DNA from: an uncultured Chloroflexia bacterium
Lineage (GTDB): Bacteria > Chloroflexota > Anaerolineae > Promineifilales > Promineifilaceae
Assembly (NCBI GenBank): GCA_963767495.1
Contig: CAVYDY010000004.1
Location: 156,985-220,984 of the forward strand
Length of the DNA stretch: 64,000 nucleotides
Direction of reading: 5' to 3'
Part shown: positions 1 through 11,900 of the stretch, piece by piece
Numbering within the stretch: position 1 is the first letter of the stretch
Layout: every line of letters starts with the position of its first letter
Notes under the pieces: model-generated
The model's database searches: none
What the model was told of the DNA's origin: nothing
What the model saw: the letters and a program-made list of their open reading frames with translations, nothing else
Position numbers and translations under genes: made by a program

Positions 1-3000
1 ACACTGTTGGAAACACGGCGAGGGGTGTCCGATGCCAGTATCGACCTGATCCCACTCAGCGATGGTCTTCCCGCCGCCGTAATGAGCGAGGGCATACCAC
101 AACTGCTGGACGAAAAACAGATCGCCGCAGGCAATATCTACAACCCGGCCGATCCCACGCTGTGGGACGGTTCACTGGCGACGATCATGTCACTGCCGCT
201 GCATGCGTACGGGGAGACGCTCGGCGCCCTGACCCTGGCGACCACGCGCTCTGATGGCTACGACGCTGAAGATATGAAGGTAGCCAAGACCGTAGCCACC
301 CATCTCGCCCTGGCCATTGAACGCTGGCAGCAAACGGATCGCCTGCGTGATGCCAACCAGGAATCAGCGCGGCTCGCTTCGTTTCCGGAGATGAATCCGC
401 GGCCGATCATTGAATTGGGGCGCGACGGCCGTATTCTCTATCTCAATCCCGCCGGGGAACAGATCATCCCCAACTGCCGCCATGACGGGCTGAACTCGCC
501 GCTGCTCGCTGATTTCGCCTCTATCGTCGATCAGCTGAACAGCAATGACGGGCAGCCGGTCGTCCGCGAAGTTCAGCTTGACCAGGTCTGGTACCAGGAA
601 CTGTTCCATGTCGTCCCCAACAGCGACAGCATCCGCTGCTTCATCACCGATATCAGCGAGCAAAAAAACGCCGAAGAAGCGGCACGACAGCAAAGCGAGT
701 ATCTCAGCGCCCTACACGAAACAACCCTAGGCTTGATCAGCCGCCACGATCTCAATGATCTGCTGCACGCGATCATCAATCGCGCCGGGCAGCTGCTGGG
801 CACTCCGAATGGCTTTGTCTTCCTGCTTGAAGAACAGGACAACGAACTCGAACAGAAAGTAGGCGTCGGCATATTTGAATCGGTGAACGGCTATCGCCTG
901 AAGAAAGGGGACGGCCTTTCCGGCCGCGTATGGGAAACGGAAGAAGCGATTCTTGTCGAGGATTACAACACGTGGGAACATCGCGTGGCCAGTTCCGAAT
1001 TGAGCCTTATTCGCGGGCTGATGGCCGTGCCGCTGCACTCCGCCAACAAAGTAGTAGGCACCATCGGCCTCGCCTATGAGCGGGATTCAGAACTGCAGTT
1101 TGATGAAGCCAAGGTTGAGTTGGTCGGCCGTTTCGCCGAATTAGCCTCCATCGCCCTCGACAATGCGCGCCTCTTCACTGAATCCAAGGAACAAGCGCGC
1201 CGCCTTGGCCTGCTCAACCAGATGGGTCGTGAAATGAACCGCGCCTCAACGCATGAAGAAATCCTGGAAGTAGTCACCACCTATACTCCACAGATAGTCA
1301 GCGCTGACCGCGTCAGCGCCGCCCTGCCCAGCGGCGATGGCGAACATATGCGTCTCTTCGCCGTGGCCGGCGACCACAGCATCCTGCCCGTTGGCGACGA
1401 ACTGCCCATCGACGGCTCGCTAATCGGCCGGGCGGTCCGCGAGAAACAGCTTATCTGTACGCCTGACTTGAGCGACATTGACACGCTTGACGCGCGACAG
1501 CTGTCCGCCCAAGGACTGCGTTCGGCGATCAACGTGCCCATGATCGCCGGCGATCGCGTCGTCGGCGTATTGAACGCCGCCAGCAGCCAGGTTGGCGCCT
1601 ACGGTGAGCGGGACGAAGGGCTGTTGACACAGATCGCCTCGTTCGTTGCTGCGACGGGCGACAATATCCGCCTCATCCTCGATGCGAAGGAAGCGCGCGC
1701 CGCCGCCGAAGCGGCTAATGAAGCGAAGAGCGCCTTCCTGGCCACGATGAGCCATGAAATCCGCACGCCCATGAACGGCGTCATCGGCATGACCAGCCTG
1801 CTGCTGGATACCCAACTCGACGAAGAGCAGCGTGACTACGCGCTCACCGTGCGCAACAGCAGCGACGCCTTGCTGACGATCATCAATGACATTCTCGACT
1901 TCTCCAAGATCGAGGCCGGCAAAATGGATATCGAGATCGCGCCGGTCGATTTGCGCGAGTGTATCGAAAGCGCGCTCGACCTGCTCGTCCCCAAGGCAGC
2001 CGGCAAAGGGCTCGATCTCGCCTACATCATCACCACAAATACGCCCGAACATCTGCAAGGTGATGTCACCCGCCTGCGGCAGATCATCGTCAATCTGTTG
2101 AGCAACTCGGTCAAGTTCACCGAAAAAGGTGAAATCGTCGTCACCGCCAGCGGATCTCCGGTCGAAGAGCAGGCCGCCGGCAACGGGCAAACTTACTTCT
2201 ACCACATCTCCGTACGGGACACCGGCCTGGGGATCCCCGCCGACCGGCTGGACCGCCTCTTCCAATCCTTCAGCCAGGTAGACGCCTCCACCACCCGCCG
2301 CTTTGGCGGCACCGGTCTGGGCCTGGCGATCAGCAAGCGCCTCAGCGAATTGATGGGCGGCACGATGTGGGTAGAAAGCAGCGGCATACCCGGGGAGGGA
2401 TCAACCTTCCATTTCACATTCCGCGCCACCGCTGCTGCGCACCCAGACGAGGACATGCTGCATGAAGAGCTGCCTGCCCTACGCGGCAAACGCCTGCTGT
2501 TCGTGGATGATAATGAAACCAGCCGCCGTATTCTTGCCGCGCAGGCGGAGTCATGGGGGATGAGCTGCCGCGGCAGTGAATTCCCGGCGGAGGCGCTGGG
2601 CTGGATTCAGAGCGGCGAGCAGTTCGACATCGCGATTCTTGATTACCAGATGCCTTTCATGAACGGCGTAGAATTGGCCAACGCCATCCGCCAGGTGCGC
2701 CCCGCCGAAGCGCTGCCACTGGTCATGCTCTCCTCGCAGAGCCGGCGCGAGCTGGATACCGGCGACCTCGATTTTGCCGCCTATCTCACCAAGCCGATCA
2801 AACCTTCCCAGCTGCATGACGCGCTGGTAACGGTCCTTGCCGGCCATTTGAAACGCACGGGACCGGCTCCTCAGAAGTCAGAATTCGACGCACAGTTGGG
2901 AGAACGGCTGCCGCTGACCATTCTGCTGGCCGAAGATAACGCGACCAACCAGAAGCTGGCCATACGCCTGCTCGGCCGTATGGGCTACGACGCTGACATT

Positions 3001-3543
3001 GTGGAGACAGGACTGCAGGCCGTCGAGGCCGTTGCCGCCGGCGCCTACGACGTGGTCTTGATGGATTTGCAGATGCCGCAGATGGACGGCCTTGAGGCGA
3101 CGCGCCAGATTCGCCGCGCGGGCAGCGATCCGCAGCGCCCTTACATTGTGGCTATGACTGCCAATGCAATGGCCGGTGACCGCGAGCGCTGTCTTGCCGC
3201 CGGCATGAACGACTATGTGAGCAAACCGGTGCGCGTCAAAGCGCTGGTTGAAGCCTTGACGCACGCCGGGGAAACGGTACAAGAACAAAACGGCCGTTCA
3301 GCCGAATCGCTCGAGGAGCTGCCGGCGGAGGCGGCGACACCAGCGGCTGCCCCTCCCCCTCCGCCGAGACGCTGGACGTTGACGCGCTCAACAATCTACT
3401 TGACACTGTCGGCGGCGATCTCGAATTTCTCGCCGAGTTGGTCGAGACGCTGCTGGAGGATGCGCCGCTGCTGCTCGCCGACATGCGCCAGGCGGCCCAA
3501 TCCGGCGACGCACCCGCTTTGCGCCTGGCGGCGCATAGTCTAA
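1..3543 (+). CDS. hybrid sensor histidine kinase (GAF-PAS-GAF-GAF-HisKA-HATPase-REC-REC); 5' end lies outside the window and the 3' end is frameshifted away from its Hpt domain
   Basis: The frame is open from nt 1, and the TTG at 7 sits in the middle of a GAF domain. H-box [15 protein letters not shown]; ATP-lid motifs DTGLGI and GGTGLGLAI. Two receiver domains ([21 protein letters not shown] and [21 protein letters not shown]). The last ~60 aa are Arg/Cys/Trp-rich and look out of frame. Confidence 0.9.
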   Translation, partial: TLLETRRGVSDASIDLIPLSDGLPAAVMSEGIPQLLDEKQIAAGNIYNPADPTLWDGSLATIMSLPLHAYGETLGALTLATTRSDGYDAEDMKVAKTVATHLALAIERWQQTDRLRDANQESARLASFPEMNPRPIIELGRDGRILYLNPAGEQIIPNCRHDGLNSPLLADFASIVDQLNSNDGQPVVREVQLDQVWYQELFHVVPNSDSIRCFITDISEQKNAEEAARQQSEYLSALHETTLGLISRHDLNDLLHAIINRAGQLLGTPNGFVFLLEEQDNELEQKVGVGIFESVNGYRLKKGDGLSGRVWETEEAILVEDYNTWEHRVASSELSLIRGLMAVPLHSANKVVGTIGLAYERDSELQFDEAKVELVGRFAELASIALDNARLFTESKEQARRLGLLNQMGREMNRASTHEEILEVVTTYTPQIVSADRVSAALPSGDGEHMRLFAVAGDHSILPVGDELPIDGSLIGRAVREKQLICTPDLSDIDTLDARQLSAQGLRSAINVPMIAGDRVVGVLNAASSQVGAYGERDEGLLTQIASFVAATGDNIRLILDAKEARAAAEAANEAKSAFLATMSHEIRTPMNGVIGMTSLLLDTQLDEEQRDYALTVRNSSDALLTIINDILDFSKIEAGKMDIEIAPVDLRECIESALDLLVPKAAGKGLDLAYIITTNTPEHLQGDVTRLRQIIVNLLSNSVKFTEKGEIVVTASGSPVEEQAAGNGQTYFYHISVRDTGLGIPADRLDRLFQSFSQVDASTTRRFGGTGLGLAISKRLSELMGGTMWVESSGIPGEGSTFHFTFRATAAAHPDEDMLHEELPALRGKRLLFVDDNETSRRILAAQAESWGMSCRGSEFPAEALGWIQSGEQFDIAILDYQMPFMNGVELANAIRQVRPAEALPLVMLSSQSRRELDTGDLDFAAYLTKPIKPSQLHDALVTVLAGHLKRTGPAPQKSEFDAQLGERLPLTILLAEDNATNQKLAIRLLGRMGYDADIVETGLQAVEAVAAGAYDVVLMDLQMPQMDGLEATRQIRRAGSDPQRPYIVAMTANAMAGDRERCLAAGMNDYVSKPVRVKALVEALTHAGETVQEQNGRSAESLEELPAEAATPAAAPPPPPRRWTLTRSTIYLTLSAAISNFSPSWSRRCWRMRRCCSPTCARRPNPATHPLCAWRRIV

Positions 3544-3713
3544 AATCCAATAGTGCAGATTTTGGCGCGATGGCCTTGAACGCCTTGTGCAAACAGCTGG
3601 AAATGATGGGAAAGGATAATCAACTGGATGGCGCGCTGCCGCTGATTGACGAGGCGGACGCCGCCTTCGAAGCGGCCAAGCCGGCCCTGTTGGCCCTGAC
3701 TGAGAACAACTAA
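3438..3713 (+). CDS. Hpt (histidine phosphotransfer) domain, the detached C-terminal module of the upstream hybrid kinase
   Basis: [14 protein letters not shown] matches the Hpt phosphohistidine motif. The same frame is open back to 3252. From about 3363 it already reads Hpt-like sequence ([34 protein letters not shown]) with no ATG or GTG start. Confidence 0.85.
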   Translation: MVETLLEDAPLLLADMRQAAQSGDAPALRLAAHSLKSNSADFGAMALNALCKQLEMMGKDNQLDGALPLIDEADAAFEAAKPALLALTENN

Positions 3714-3728
3714 CCGCTAGAAAACCTG

Positions 3729-3776
3729 CCAGGTCTTGATAGTGGGCTGCAGCGCAACTACGCCCATAAGACCTGG
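3729..3776 (+). terminator. imperfect hairpin between the two kinase genes (possible terminator or attenuator; no clear U-tract)
   Basis: Arms CCAGGTCTT..TGGGC and GCCCA..AAGACCTGG read directly from the sequence. Confidence 0.3.
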
Positions 3777-3809
3777 TAGTTATGGTTACACGAAATACCA
3801 GGAGATTCG

Positions 3810-5234
3810 ATGGACGAAAAGCAAACCGGTCACATTCTTGTCGCTGATGACAACCGCATGAACCGTATGAAACTTTCGCGCAACCTTGAGCAGCAGGGGC
3901 ACACCGTAGCCACGGCCGAAAACGGTGAAGAGGCGCTGGAAATGATGCTCGACGCGCCGTACGATGTGCTTCTGCTCGACATTCTAATGCCCAAGATGGA
4001 CGGCTACCAGGTATTGGAGAAAATGAAGGATGATGCCACGCTGCGCACCATCCCGGTCATCGTCATCTCCTCGCTCGACGAGATCAACAGCGTTGTGCGC
4101 TGCATCGAAATGGGCGCCGAGGATTATCTACCCAAGCCATTCAACCCGGTCATTCTCAAAGCGCGCCTCGATGCCAGTCTGCGTCGAAAACGGCTGCGCG
4201 ATCTTGAACAGGCGTTTGTGCAGCAGGAAGTAACCCTGCGCCAGAATGAGAAGCTGGCTACACTGGGCAAGCTCAGTGCCGGCATGGCCCACGAGTTGAA
4301 CAACCCCGCCGCGGCCACCAAGCGCGGCGCGGCGCAGCTGCTGGAGCGTTTCGCCGGCATGCAGGCGATCTACCTCAAATTGGGATCGCTTAGTCTCACC
4401 CAGGAGCAGGTCGATACCTTGATTGCGCTGGACCAGAAGGCGAGCGAAAGCGCAAATAATCCAGCCGAGCTCGACGCCCTGGCGCGCAGCGACCGCGAGT
4501 CTGACCTGGAAATCTGGCTTGAGGATAATGGTATTGAAGATCCCTGGGAAGTGGCGCCTAATCTTGTCGACCTCGGCTACACGGAAGCGGAGCTGGGCAG
4601 CCTGGCAGAGCAGTTCACTGCCGATCAGCTGCCCGCTGTTTTCGGCTGGCTGGACAGCACCTTCGCCATCTACGGCCTGCTCGAAGAGGTTGGCGAAGGC
4701 GCCGGCCGCATCTCGGAACTCGTAAAAGCGCTAAAATCGTACAGCTATCTCGATCAGGCGCCGGTACAGATGATCAATGTCCATGAGGGGCTGGACAGCA
4801 CCCTGGTCATTATGCGCAGCAAGTTGAAAGGCAATGTCACGGTCACCCGCGCTTATGATGCTGAAATGCCCTACATTGAGGCGTACGGCAGTGAGCTAAA
4901 CCAGGTATGGACCAATCTGCTGGATAACGCCATCGACGCCGTCAATGAACAGGGCGCGATCGCGATTCGCACTTCATTTGACGACCGCTGGGTAATCGTG
5001 GAGATCGAAGACAATGGGGAAGGCATTCCCGATACGGTCCTGCCCCATATATTTGATCCCTTCTATACGACCAAAGAGCCGGGCAAAGGAACCGGCATGG
5101 GCCTGAATATCAGCCACAATATCGTTGTTCAACAGCACAACGGCCGTTTCGAGGTCCAATCAGAGGCAGGCCAGACCATCTTCACGATCCGCCTGTCCCG
5201 CGAAGGCATAGGCGCCGAGCAGGCGACGGGCTAA
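3810..5234 (+). CDS. response-regulator receiver fused to a histidine kinase (REC-HisKA-HATPase)
   Basis: N-terminal REC (ILVADDNRMNRM..LLLDILMPKMDG..KPF). H-box GMAHELNNPAAA. C-terminal N/G1/G2 boxes (NLLDNAIDA, DNGEGIP, GKGTGMGL). GGAG-type RBS upstream. Confidence 0.9.
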   Translation: MDEKQTGHILVADDNRMNRMKLSRNLEQQGHTVATAENGEEALEMMLDAPYDVLLLDILMPKMDGYQVLEKMKDDATLRTIPVIVISSLDEINSVVRCIEMGAEDYLPKPFNPVILKARLDASLRRKRLRDLEQAFVQQEVTLRQNEKLATLGKLSAGMAHELNNPAAATKRGAAQLLERFAGMQAIYLKLGSLSLTQEQVDTLIALDQKASESANNPAELDALARSDRESDLEIWLEDNGIEDPWEVAPNLVDLGYTEAELGSLAEQFTADQLPAVFGWLDSTFAIYGLLEEVGEGAGRISELVKALKSYSYLDQAPVQMINVHEGLDSTLVIMRSKLKGNVTVTRAYDAEMPYIEAYGSELNQVWTNLLDNAIDAVNEQGAIAIRTSFDDRWVIVEIEDNGEGIPDTVLPHIFDPFYTTKEPGKGTGMGLNISHNIVVQQHNGRFEVQSEAGQTIFTIRLSREGIGAEQATG

Positions 5235-5258
5235 CAGGCCGGCGGCCTGCGCTGCGAC

Positions 5259-5873
5259 TTACTTCTTGCTGTAGTGCCGTTTCACTTTCACTTCAGGCAA
5301 ATCTTTCATCGCCTTCTTGGTAATGTTTAAGTAGACGGCGCCGTCGTCGACCTTGTCAATCAAGTCCAGGGGCACGCTTACTTCCCGTTTGCCCCACAGA
5401 TGTCCCTTCTCCAAAACCAGGTGCGAGATATGTCCGCTGTTGGAATCGATGATGAACTCGTCGACAATGCCCACCTGACCATCCGTCGCGTGAACCGGAT
5501 CGCCGCGGTGCACGGCCAGTTCGCCGGCAGGAACAACTTCCACGTCCACCGGCTGCGCCTCGTAATCCATCGTCACATAAGGTGCTTCCCACTCGCCCCC
5601 CTGAAACTCAGGGTAGACGGGAACCCCCTCCACAAAATGCGTCTGATTGAACTGGTCCATTGATGTAATATCTGCTTTGCTGCAATCGAGCGTGATCGAA
5701 TCATGATCCGTGGCCACAACATGCGCCAGTGGCACCGTACGATCATCATGCTTCGATAACTGGACCACAACGTGCGTGATGCTCTTGCTCACCGGATCGA
5801 TGATGACGGCCGCTGAAGTACCAAGGGGACCATCCGTGCCATTTACCTGCGCCTTAAGAGGAATATCTTTCAT
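5259..5873 (-). CDS. PRC-barrel domain protein (two PRC-barrel-like halves)
   Basis: Repeated V..D...G.V..V..D......ITHLVV-type segments (SITHVVVQ and HISHLVLEKG) typical of PRC-barrel proteins. Confidence 0.6.
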   Translation of the reverse strand: MKDIPLKAQVNGTDGPLGTSAAVIIDPVSKSITHVVVQLSKHDDRTVPLAHVVATDHDSITLDCSKADITSMDQFNQTHFVEGVPVYPEFQGGEWEAPYVTMDYEAQPVDVEVVPAGELAVHRGDPVHATDGQVGIVDEFIIDSNSGHISHLVLEKGHLWGKREVSVPLDLIDKVDDGAVYLNITKKAMKDLPEVKVKRHYSKK

Positions 5874-5951
5874 GCTAACTCTCCATGTTTGCTAACGTAA
5901 CCAGTGATATGACCACCCCAATGCCGCGGGCCGCAGCCCCATTTTCAGCAT

Positions 5952-6227
5952 CTAGGAAACCACATCATTCCAATTTGCGGCCAGGAGCGCGCCCAGTTCG
6001 CCCGCCTGCACCGTTTCCACACGAATTATTCTGATGCTTTTATCGAGCGGCTCAGCCATCCATGCGGAGTTCGCACCCTGCGCAACACGCATGACGCGCT
6101 CCACAACGCCATCACCAGGCAGGCCGCTGAAGTTCACCTTTGGCACCGCCGGCTGCATCCCGTCCGTCACGCCAAAATCGTCGCTGGTCATTGTCGCGGG
6201 CCGTTCCACGCCGGCCGATTGAAGCAA
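5952..6227 (-). CDS. small hypothetical protein (start uncertain)
   Basis: ORF only. No recognisable motif and a weak RBS. Confidence 0.25.
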   Translation of the reverse strand: MLQSAGVERPATMTSDDFGVTDGMQPAVPKVNFSGLPGDGVVERVMRVAQGANSAWMAEPLDKSIRIIRVETVQAGELGALLAANWNDVVS

Positions 6228-6479
6228 ATAGACAGTCTCTTCTGACTGCAGCGGATAACTGTTACTTTTCGCCTTCCTGATTTTGTGTTGCGCACTAGAT
6301 TCTCTCCATTCCGCCTCTCCCTGTCAACTGCTCCCCCATTACCCAGCACTGCTGCCGTCTACAGCCCGGCCGTATCATCACGCTGCAGATACCTGACGCT
6401 GCTGCCAGGTTGGGCTGACAACTCCGCTCTTTGCGCTACAATAGGCTTCATCAAATAGTATCCATATTATGCCGAAACA

Positions 6480-7787
6480 ATGCACGATTCTGAACTTATC
6501 ATTGCCCTCTTTCTGCTGATTGCCGCCGTTGTCACCGGTCTGGGATCCAAAATCGGCCGCTGGTACATCAGCATGCCCATGGTCTTCGTCCTGGCCGGCA
6601 TCTTGGTCGGCCCGCGGATGTCAGAAATCCTTTCTGTCTACCCCGCCTCCGACTTCGTCCAGCTACTGGCAGAAGTGACCCTGGCGCTGATTTTGTTCGC
6701 CGACGCTTCGACGTTAAGCCTGCGCGAGGCAAGCGACGATGCCCAGCTGCCCGGGAGGCTGCTGGCCTTCGGCCTGCCGCTGACCATCGTTCTCGGCGGC
6801 ATTGCCGGCAAGATTCTCTACCCTGAGCTTTCGATCGGCTACGCGCTGCTGATCGCCGCCATTCTCGCCCCGACCGACGCAAGCCTCGGCCTGCCCGTCT
6901 ACACAAATCCCAGCATACCTGTCCGTATTCGCCGCGCGTTGAATATCGAGAGCGGCCTCAACGACGGCATCGCCTCTCCTATCGTGCTGCTCTTTCTCGC
7001 GCTCACGCTGAGCGAGGAAGGGATCACGCTCGGCAACTGGCTCAGCGACGCCGCGGTCGAACTCTTCGTGGCCATTCTCGTCGGCCTGGCCATCGGCGTC
7101 GCCGGCGGCAAATTTCTGGAAACGGCCGTTGACCGGCGTTGGACTTCCAGTATGTGGAGCAAACTGGCCATCTTCGCCGTTGCCCTGGCCAGCTATTTCC
7201 TCTCCGTCGCCCTCGGCGGCAACGGCTTCGTCGCCGCTTTCGTCGGCGGCATCTTTTTCGGCCACGCTTCCCATCACAAATTGGCCGAACAAACAGAATT
7301 CACCGAGGCCAACGGCTCACTGCTGGCGATGCTAGTGTGGACCATCTTCGCCGCCATCTTCGTCACGCCGGAACTCCTTGACTACGCTATGAGATTCGAT
7401 GCCAGGGCAATCCTCTACGTCATATTGAGCCTGACTGTCGTGCGCATGCTGCCCGTGGCGATCAGCATGATCGGCAGCGGCCTGCGGCGCGATACCGTGT
7501 TGATCATGGGTTGGTTCGGGCCGCGCGGCCTCGCCTCCGTCGTCTTTGCCGTGCTGGCCGTCGCCAAATTTAGAGAATACGGCCTGGTGCCCGAACCCCT
7601 GGCCACCGTGGTCACCCTGACCATCATGTTCAGCGTTTTCGCCCACGGTTTCTCCGCCCAACCGCTTGTCAACTGGTACGCACGTCGCCTGGAGGAAGCG
7701 GAAGACGGTCATGTGGAACTTGAAGAGATGCCCGAAATGCGGCCCCGTTCCCGGATGTTGACTGCGCAGAAGGATGCGCACAAGTAA
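6480..7787 (+). CDS. cation:proton (Na+/H+) antiporter, CPA1/NhaP-like
   Basis: About 11-12 hydrophobic helices. LAPTDA and ESGLNDG motifs characteristic of Na+/H+ exchanger family proteins. Confidence 0.85.
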   Translation: MHDSELIIALFLLIAAVVTGLGSKIGRWYISMPMVFVLAGILVGPRMSEILSVYPASDFVQLLAEVTLALILFADASTLSLREASDDAQLPGRLLAFGLPLTIVLGGIAGKILYPELSIGYALLIAAILAPTDASLGLPVYTNPSIPVRIRRALNIESGLNDGIASPIVLLFLALTLSEEGITLGNWLSDAAVELFVAILVGLAIGVAGGKFLETAVDRRWTSSMWSKLAIFAVALASYFLSVALGGNGFVAAFVGGIFFGHASHHKLAEQTEFTEANGSLLAMLVWTIFAAIFVTPELLDYAMRFDARAILYVILSLTVVRMLPVAISMIGSGLRRDTVLIMGWFGPRGLASVVFAVLAVAKFREYGLVPEPLATVVTLTIMFSVFAHGFSAQPLVNWYARRLEEAEDGHVELEEMPEMRPRSRMLTAQKDAHK

Positions 7788-7946
7788 GGTCGCTGCCGTT
7801 CTTTTGCAGCAAACAGCCCATAGGGCCTGCGGACGTCAACATGCAAAACGCCTTAGTAGGCTTCCAGCCTACTTACCCTGCTAAACGGTGGTTTGCGGCC
7901 ACCGGCGGCAGACCACCAGCAACGACCATCAGCGCTGGAATGACGC

Positions 7947-8408
7947 ATGACCAACATCACCCAAATTCGCCCCGCCGCCAAGGACAACCAGCCGGCCATC
8001 AAACAGCTCATCCGCGAAGGGGGCATCAATCCGCTGGGCATCGACTATCCGCGTTTTCTCGTCGCCGTTGATGCCGCCGGAACCGTCGTCGGCTGCGGCC
8101 AGGTCAAGGAACATGGCGACGGCTCACGCGAACTCGCCTCAATCGTTGTCACCCGCGACTGGCGCGGGCGCGGCATCGCCGGTGAGCTTATCCAGGCGCT
8201 GCAGGAAAAGCACGGCTCCCCGCTGTGGCTCACCTGTATGGACCGCCTCGTCCCCTTCTACCAACCTTTTGGCTTCACGCAGATCACGTCAGGCCGGGAA
8301 ATGCCGCCCTATTTCCGCCGCGCCGTTCGCCTATTCAAGCTCTACCAGGCGCTTACCCGCCACAAAGGAATCTTGGCGGTCATGGTCTGGCCTGGCGCGG
8401 AAGAATGA
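7947..8408 (+). CDS. GNAT family N-acetyltransferase
   Basis: Acetyl-CoA binding motif A region VTRDWRGRGIAGELI followed by FYQPFGF. Confidence 0.8.
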   Translation: MTNITQIRPAAKDNQPAIKQLIREGGINPLGIDYPRFLVAVDAAGTVVGCGQVKEHGDGSRELASIVVTRDWRGRGIAGELIQALQEKHGSPLWLTCMDRLVPFYQPFGFTQITSGREMPPYFRRAVRLFKLYQALTRHKGILAVMVWPGAEE

Positions 8409-8659
8409 GCCGCTGTCCTCGCTAAGAAATCTAGCCAAGCGACAAGTAATAGGATATCATAATATATGTAAACGCTCGTCGCCGGGGATGCTGTCCATCC
8501 GCTGCCCGACCGTTCGCCTTGCCCTATGTGAACTATCGATGCACCTATCAGCCGCGAAGCGATCAGAACAAAACGCAGCCGCGGCCAGAGCTTACTAATC
8601 ACAACCACAAGCGGCGTTTACGTTGTCAGCACCAACCGTGGTCCAAAGAGGAGACAACA

Positions 8660-8959
8660 ATGAGCAATCAAGGCCGTCCACGAAAAGCCGAAACGTGTGA
8701 GCACATGGCTCAGGTAGTGCAGGGCATCGCACCTAACACCCCAGAAGGGTGCGAAGAATGCCTGGAAATGGGCGACAGCTGGGTGCACCTGCGTCTGTGC
8801 CTGATCTGCGGCCATGTCGGCTGCTGCAACAATTCAAAAAACAAGCACGCCAGCAAACATTATGAGAGCACCGGCCATCCTGTCATTCGCTCCTTCGAAC
8901 CGGGCGAGAACTGGATGTGGTGCTACGAAGATGAGGAATTCATCGTCCCCAAGAAATAG
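8660..8959 (+). CDS. UBP-type zinc finger (ZnF-UBP) domain protein
   Basis: The Cys/His pattern CEEC...HLRLCLICGHVGCC...KHASKHYESTGHP is typical of ZnF-UBP. ATG at 8660 is preceded by AAGAGGAG. The longer track ORF from 8519 has a non-protein-like N-terminus. Confidence 0.75.
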   Translation: MSNQGRPRKAETCEHMAQVVQGIAPNTPEGCEECLEMGDSWVHLRLCLICGHVGCCNNSKNKHASKHYESTGHPVIRSFEPGENWMWCYEDEEFIVPKK

Positions 8960-8967
8960 ACGAGCCG

Positions 8968-11900
8968 ATGGCCGACCAATTCACAGACGCGCCGCAGATG
9001 CCCGATGGCTACGCGGACAAACTACGCCAGGCGCAGGCCAGCCGCGCCATGCAGGGAGAACGGCGCGTTATCACGCTGCTGTTTTGCGACGTGACCGGCT
9101 CCACGGCGATGGCTGAAAAGCTTGATCCGGAAGAGTGGGCCGAGATCATGAACGAAGCTTTTCAATACATGATCGCCCCCATCTACACGTATGAAGGAAC
9201 GGTGGCCCGCCTGATGGGCGACGCCGTCCTCGCCTTTTTCGGCGCGCCCATCGCCCATGAAGATGATCCGCAAAGAGCTGTCCTGGCTGGATTGGATATT
9301 GTCACCGGCATCGAACAGTTCGCCGCCGAAATTGAAGCGACCTACCGTATGGCCTTCAACGTACGTGTGGGTATCAATACCGGCCCGGTCGTCGTCGGCG
9401 AAATCGGGCCCGATCTCGCGGTGGAGTACACGGCGATGGGCGATGCGGTCAACCTGGCCGCGCGCATGGAGCAAACGGCCGAACCGGGAACGGTGCAGAT
9501 AGCCGAGAACAGCTACCAGCTGGTTGAACCCTTCTTCAACGTCACCCCACTGGGGCCGCTTGCCGTCAAAGGCAAGGCGCAGCCGGTGAGAGCGTACCGC
9601 GTCGACAGCATTGCCGCCGAGCCGGGCAGCCTGCGCGGCCTGTCCGGGCTCGACTCGCCGCTGGTCGGCCGTGAAGCGGAGCTGGCCCAACTGCGCCAGA
9701 TCGTGAGCGCCCTACGCGAAAGCGAGCGCGGCCAGATCGTGTTCTTGACCGGGGAGGCGGGTCTGGGCAAGAGCCGCCTGATCGACGAACTGCACACCTA
9801 CTGGCTGGCCACGCGCCAGGCGACGCCGGATGGCTGGCGGCACTGGGAACAGATGGCCGCCGTTTCCTTCGAAGCCTCCCGGCCGTACGGCATGATCAAG
9901 CACCAGCTGCGCAGCGTCTGCCATATCAGCGATTCCGACACCGATGAACAGGCCCGCGGCAAGCTCGCCCATACAGTCAGCGTGTTCCCCCCTGCCCTGC
10001 AAGAACGCCTGAATCTCCTCTACGCCATCCTGCTGGGCATCGGCGGCGAAGAATCTGAACTACATCCCGAAGGGGAAAACTTCAAACGAGAGCTGTTCGA
10101 CGCGATGCTGAAGGCCAACCGCCTGCGCGCCGCCGACCAACCAACGGTCATGGTCGCCGACGATATTCATTGGAGCGATCCCGCATCGACTGAGGAATTG
10201 GAGAACCTGCTCAAACTGACGCTCGATCTGCCTATTTTGTTCTTGGCCATCATGCGACCCGAGCGAGACAGCGCCGCCTGGGCCATGAAAGAGCGGGTCG
10301 CCCTTGACTATGCGCCGCAGTTCTCAGAAATCAACCTCCGGCCACTGAGCAGCGTTGAAAGCGCCAACCTGGTCGACCAGCTGCTGCCTATCGAGGATAT
10401 GCCCACTGCCGTACGCGAGATGATTCTGCAGCGCACTGACGGCAATCCTTTCTTCATCGAAGAAGTCATCCGTTCCCTCCTGGACAGCGGCGCCTTGCAG
10501 CAGTCGGCGGGTGAACTGCACTGGAATCCGGGACAATCAACAGCGCAGATCTCAATCCCGGGAAATGTCCAGGCCCTTCTCGCTGCGCGCATCGACCGCC
10601 TGGAAAAAGATTCGCGGCACACGCTGCAGCTGGCCGCCGTAATCGGCCGTAATTTCTACCGCCGCGTGCTAGATACGATCAGCGATACGGCCGCCATTCT
10701 TGATGAACAGCTGCGCGAGTTGGAGGCCCTGGCCTTTATTCGCGAGGCGGCCCGCCTGCCCGAAGTGGAGTACGCCTTCCGCCATGCGCTTACCCGCGAC
10801 GCGGCCTATGCCACGATCCTGCGCCGCCGGCGGCGGCAGTTCCACAAACGCGTCGGAGAGGCGTTCGAGGCGCTGTTCCCCGACCGCCTCGAAGAAGAAG
10901 CGCACCGCCTGGCCGAACATTTCAGCGAGGCGCTCATTCTGGACAAGGCGCAGCATTATTACACGATGGCCGGCGATCATGCGGGTCGTCTTTACGCCAA
11001 CAATGAGGCGATCGAGCATTACGGTAAGGCGATCCGCCTCGCTCGCGACAGCGGTACGGACCAGCAGCTGGCCCGGCTCTATAAGCGGCTGGGTCGTACT
11101 TACGAAGCGGACGGCCATTACGACAACGCGCTGGCCATGCACAAGGAGATGATCGCACTGGCCGAGCAGCGCGGCGCTCCCTCATTGAAGCTGCAGGCGC
11201 TGCTATCGGAAGCAACCATCCGCGGCACATTTACAGACAAATTCGACGCCCGCAAAGGGTATGCGCTGTCCAACGAGGCGCTGACTCTGGCGCGCGAGCT
11301 GGGCGACGCGCGCGCGGAATCCAAGGCGTATTGGAATCTCTCCCTGCTGGGCACCTATGCGGTCCAAGATGTCCACCAGACCATCGAACACGGCGAGCAG
11401 GCGGTATCCATCGCCCGCAAGCACAGGCTGCGCGAAGAACTTGCCTACGCGCTGCATGACCTCGCCCGTCCCTATGCGATGGCAGGTCGTCTGGCCGACG
11501 GCCAGATCGCTTTGGAAGAGGCGGCGCAGCTGTGGCGTGAACTCGGCCGTTCCAACATGGTTGCCGACAACCGCACGACGCTGGCTGAGAACCTGAATCT
11601 GCAGGGAGATTTGCTGAACGGCATCAACAAGTGCGAAGAGGCTTTACGGATAAGCCGCCGCACAAGCAGCTATTGGGGCCAGGCATACGCGCTGGCGACA
11701 ATGGCGCCCATGCTGCTGGAAATCGGCCGGGTTGATGAAGCGCTTGCCGCCTGGGACGAGGGGCTTGATGCCGCTGAACGGGCCAACTTCTCCGCCCCGC
11801 AGGTGTATGCCCGCGCTAATCTCGCCTTGAGCTACGCCTATCTTGGCGATCTTGAGCGCGCCTTCCAGGTGACGGATCAGGCACAGCGCGTCGTCGAGAA

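Noticed and set aside
3345-3370. Programmed -1 ribosomal frameshift as the primary explanation for the kinase/Hpt split
   Set aside because: No heptanucleotide slippery site (X XXY YYZ) or obvious downstream pseudoknot was seen. Two other genes show the same 1-nt deficit, so an indel is more parsimonious. The option is kept open in the finding.
8519-8659. Longer start for the ZnF-UBP gene
   Set aside because: The upstream 47 codons are basic and polar junk-like. The ATG at 8660 has a strong AAGAGGAG RBS.
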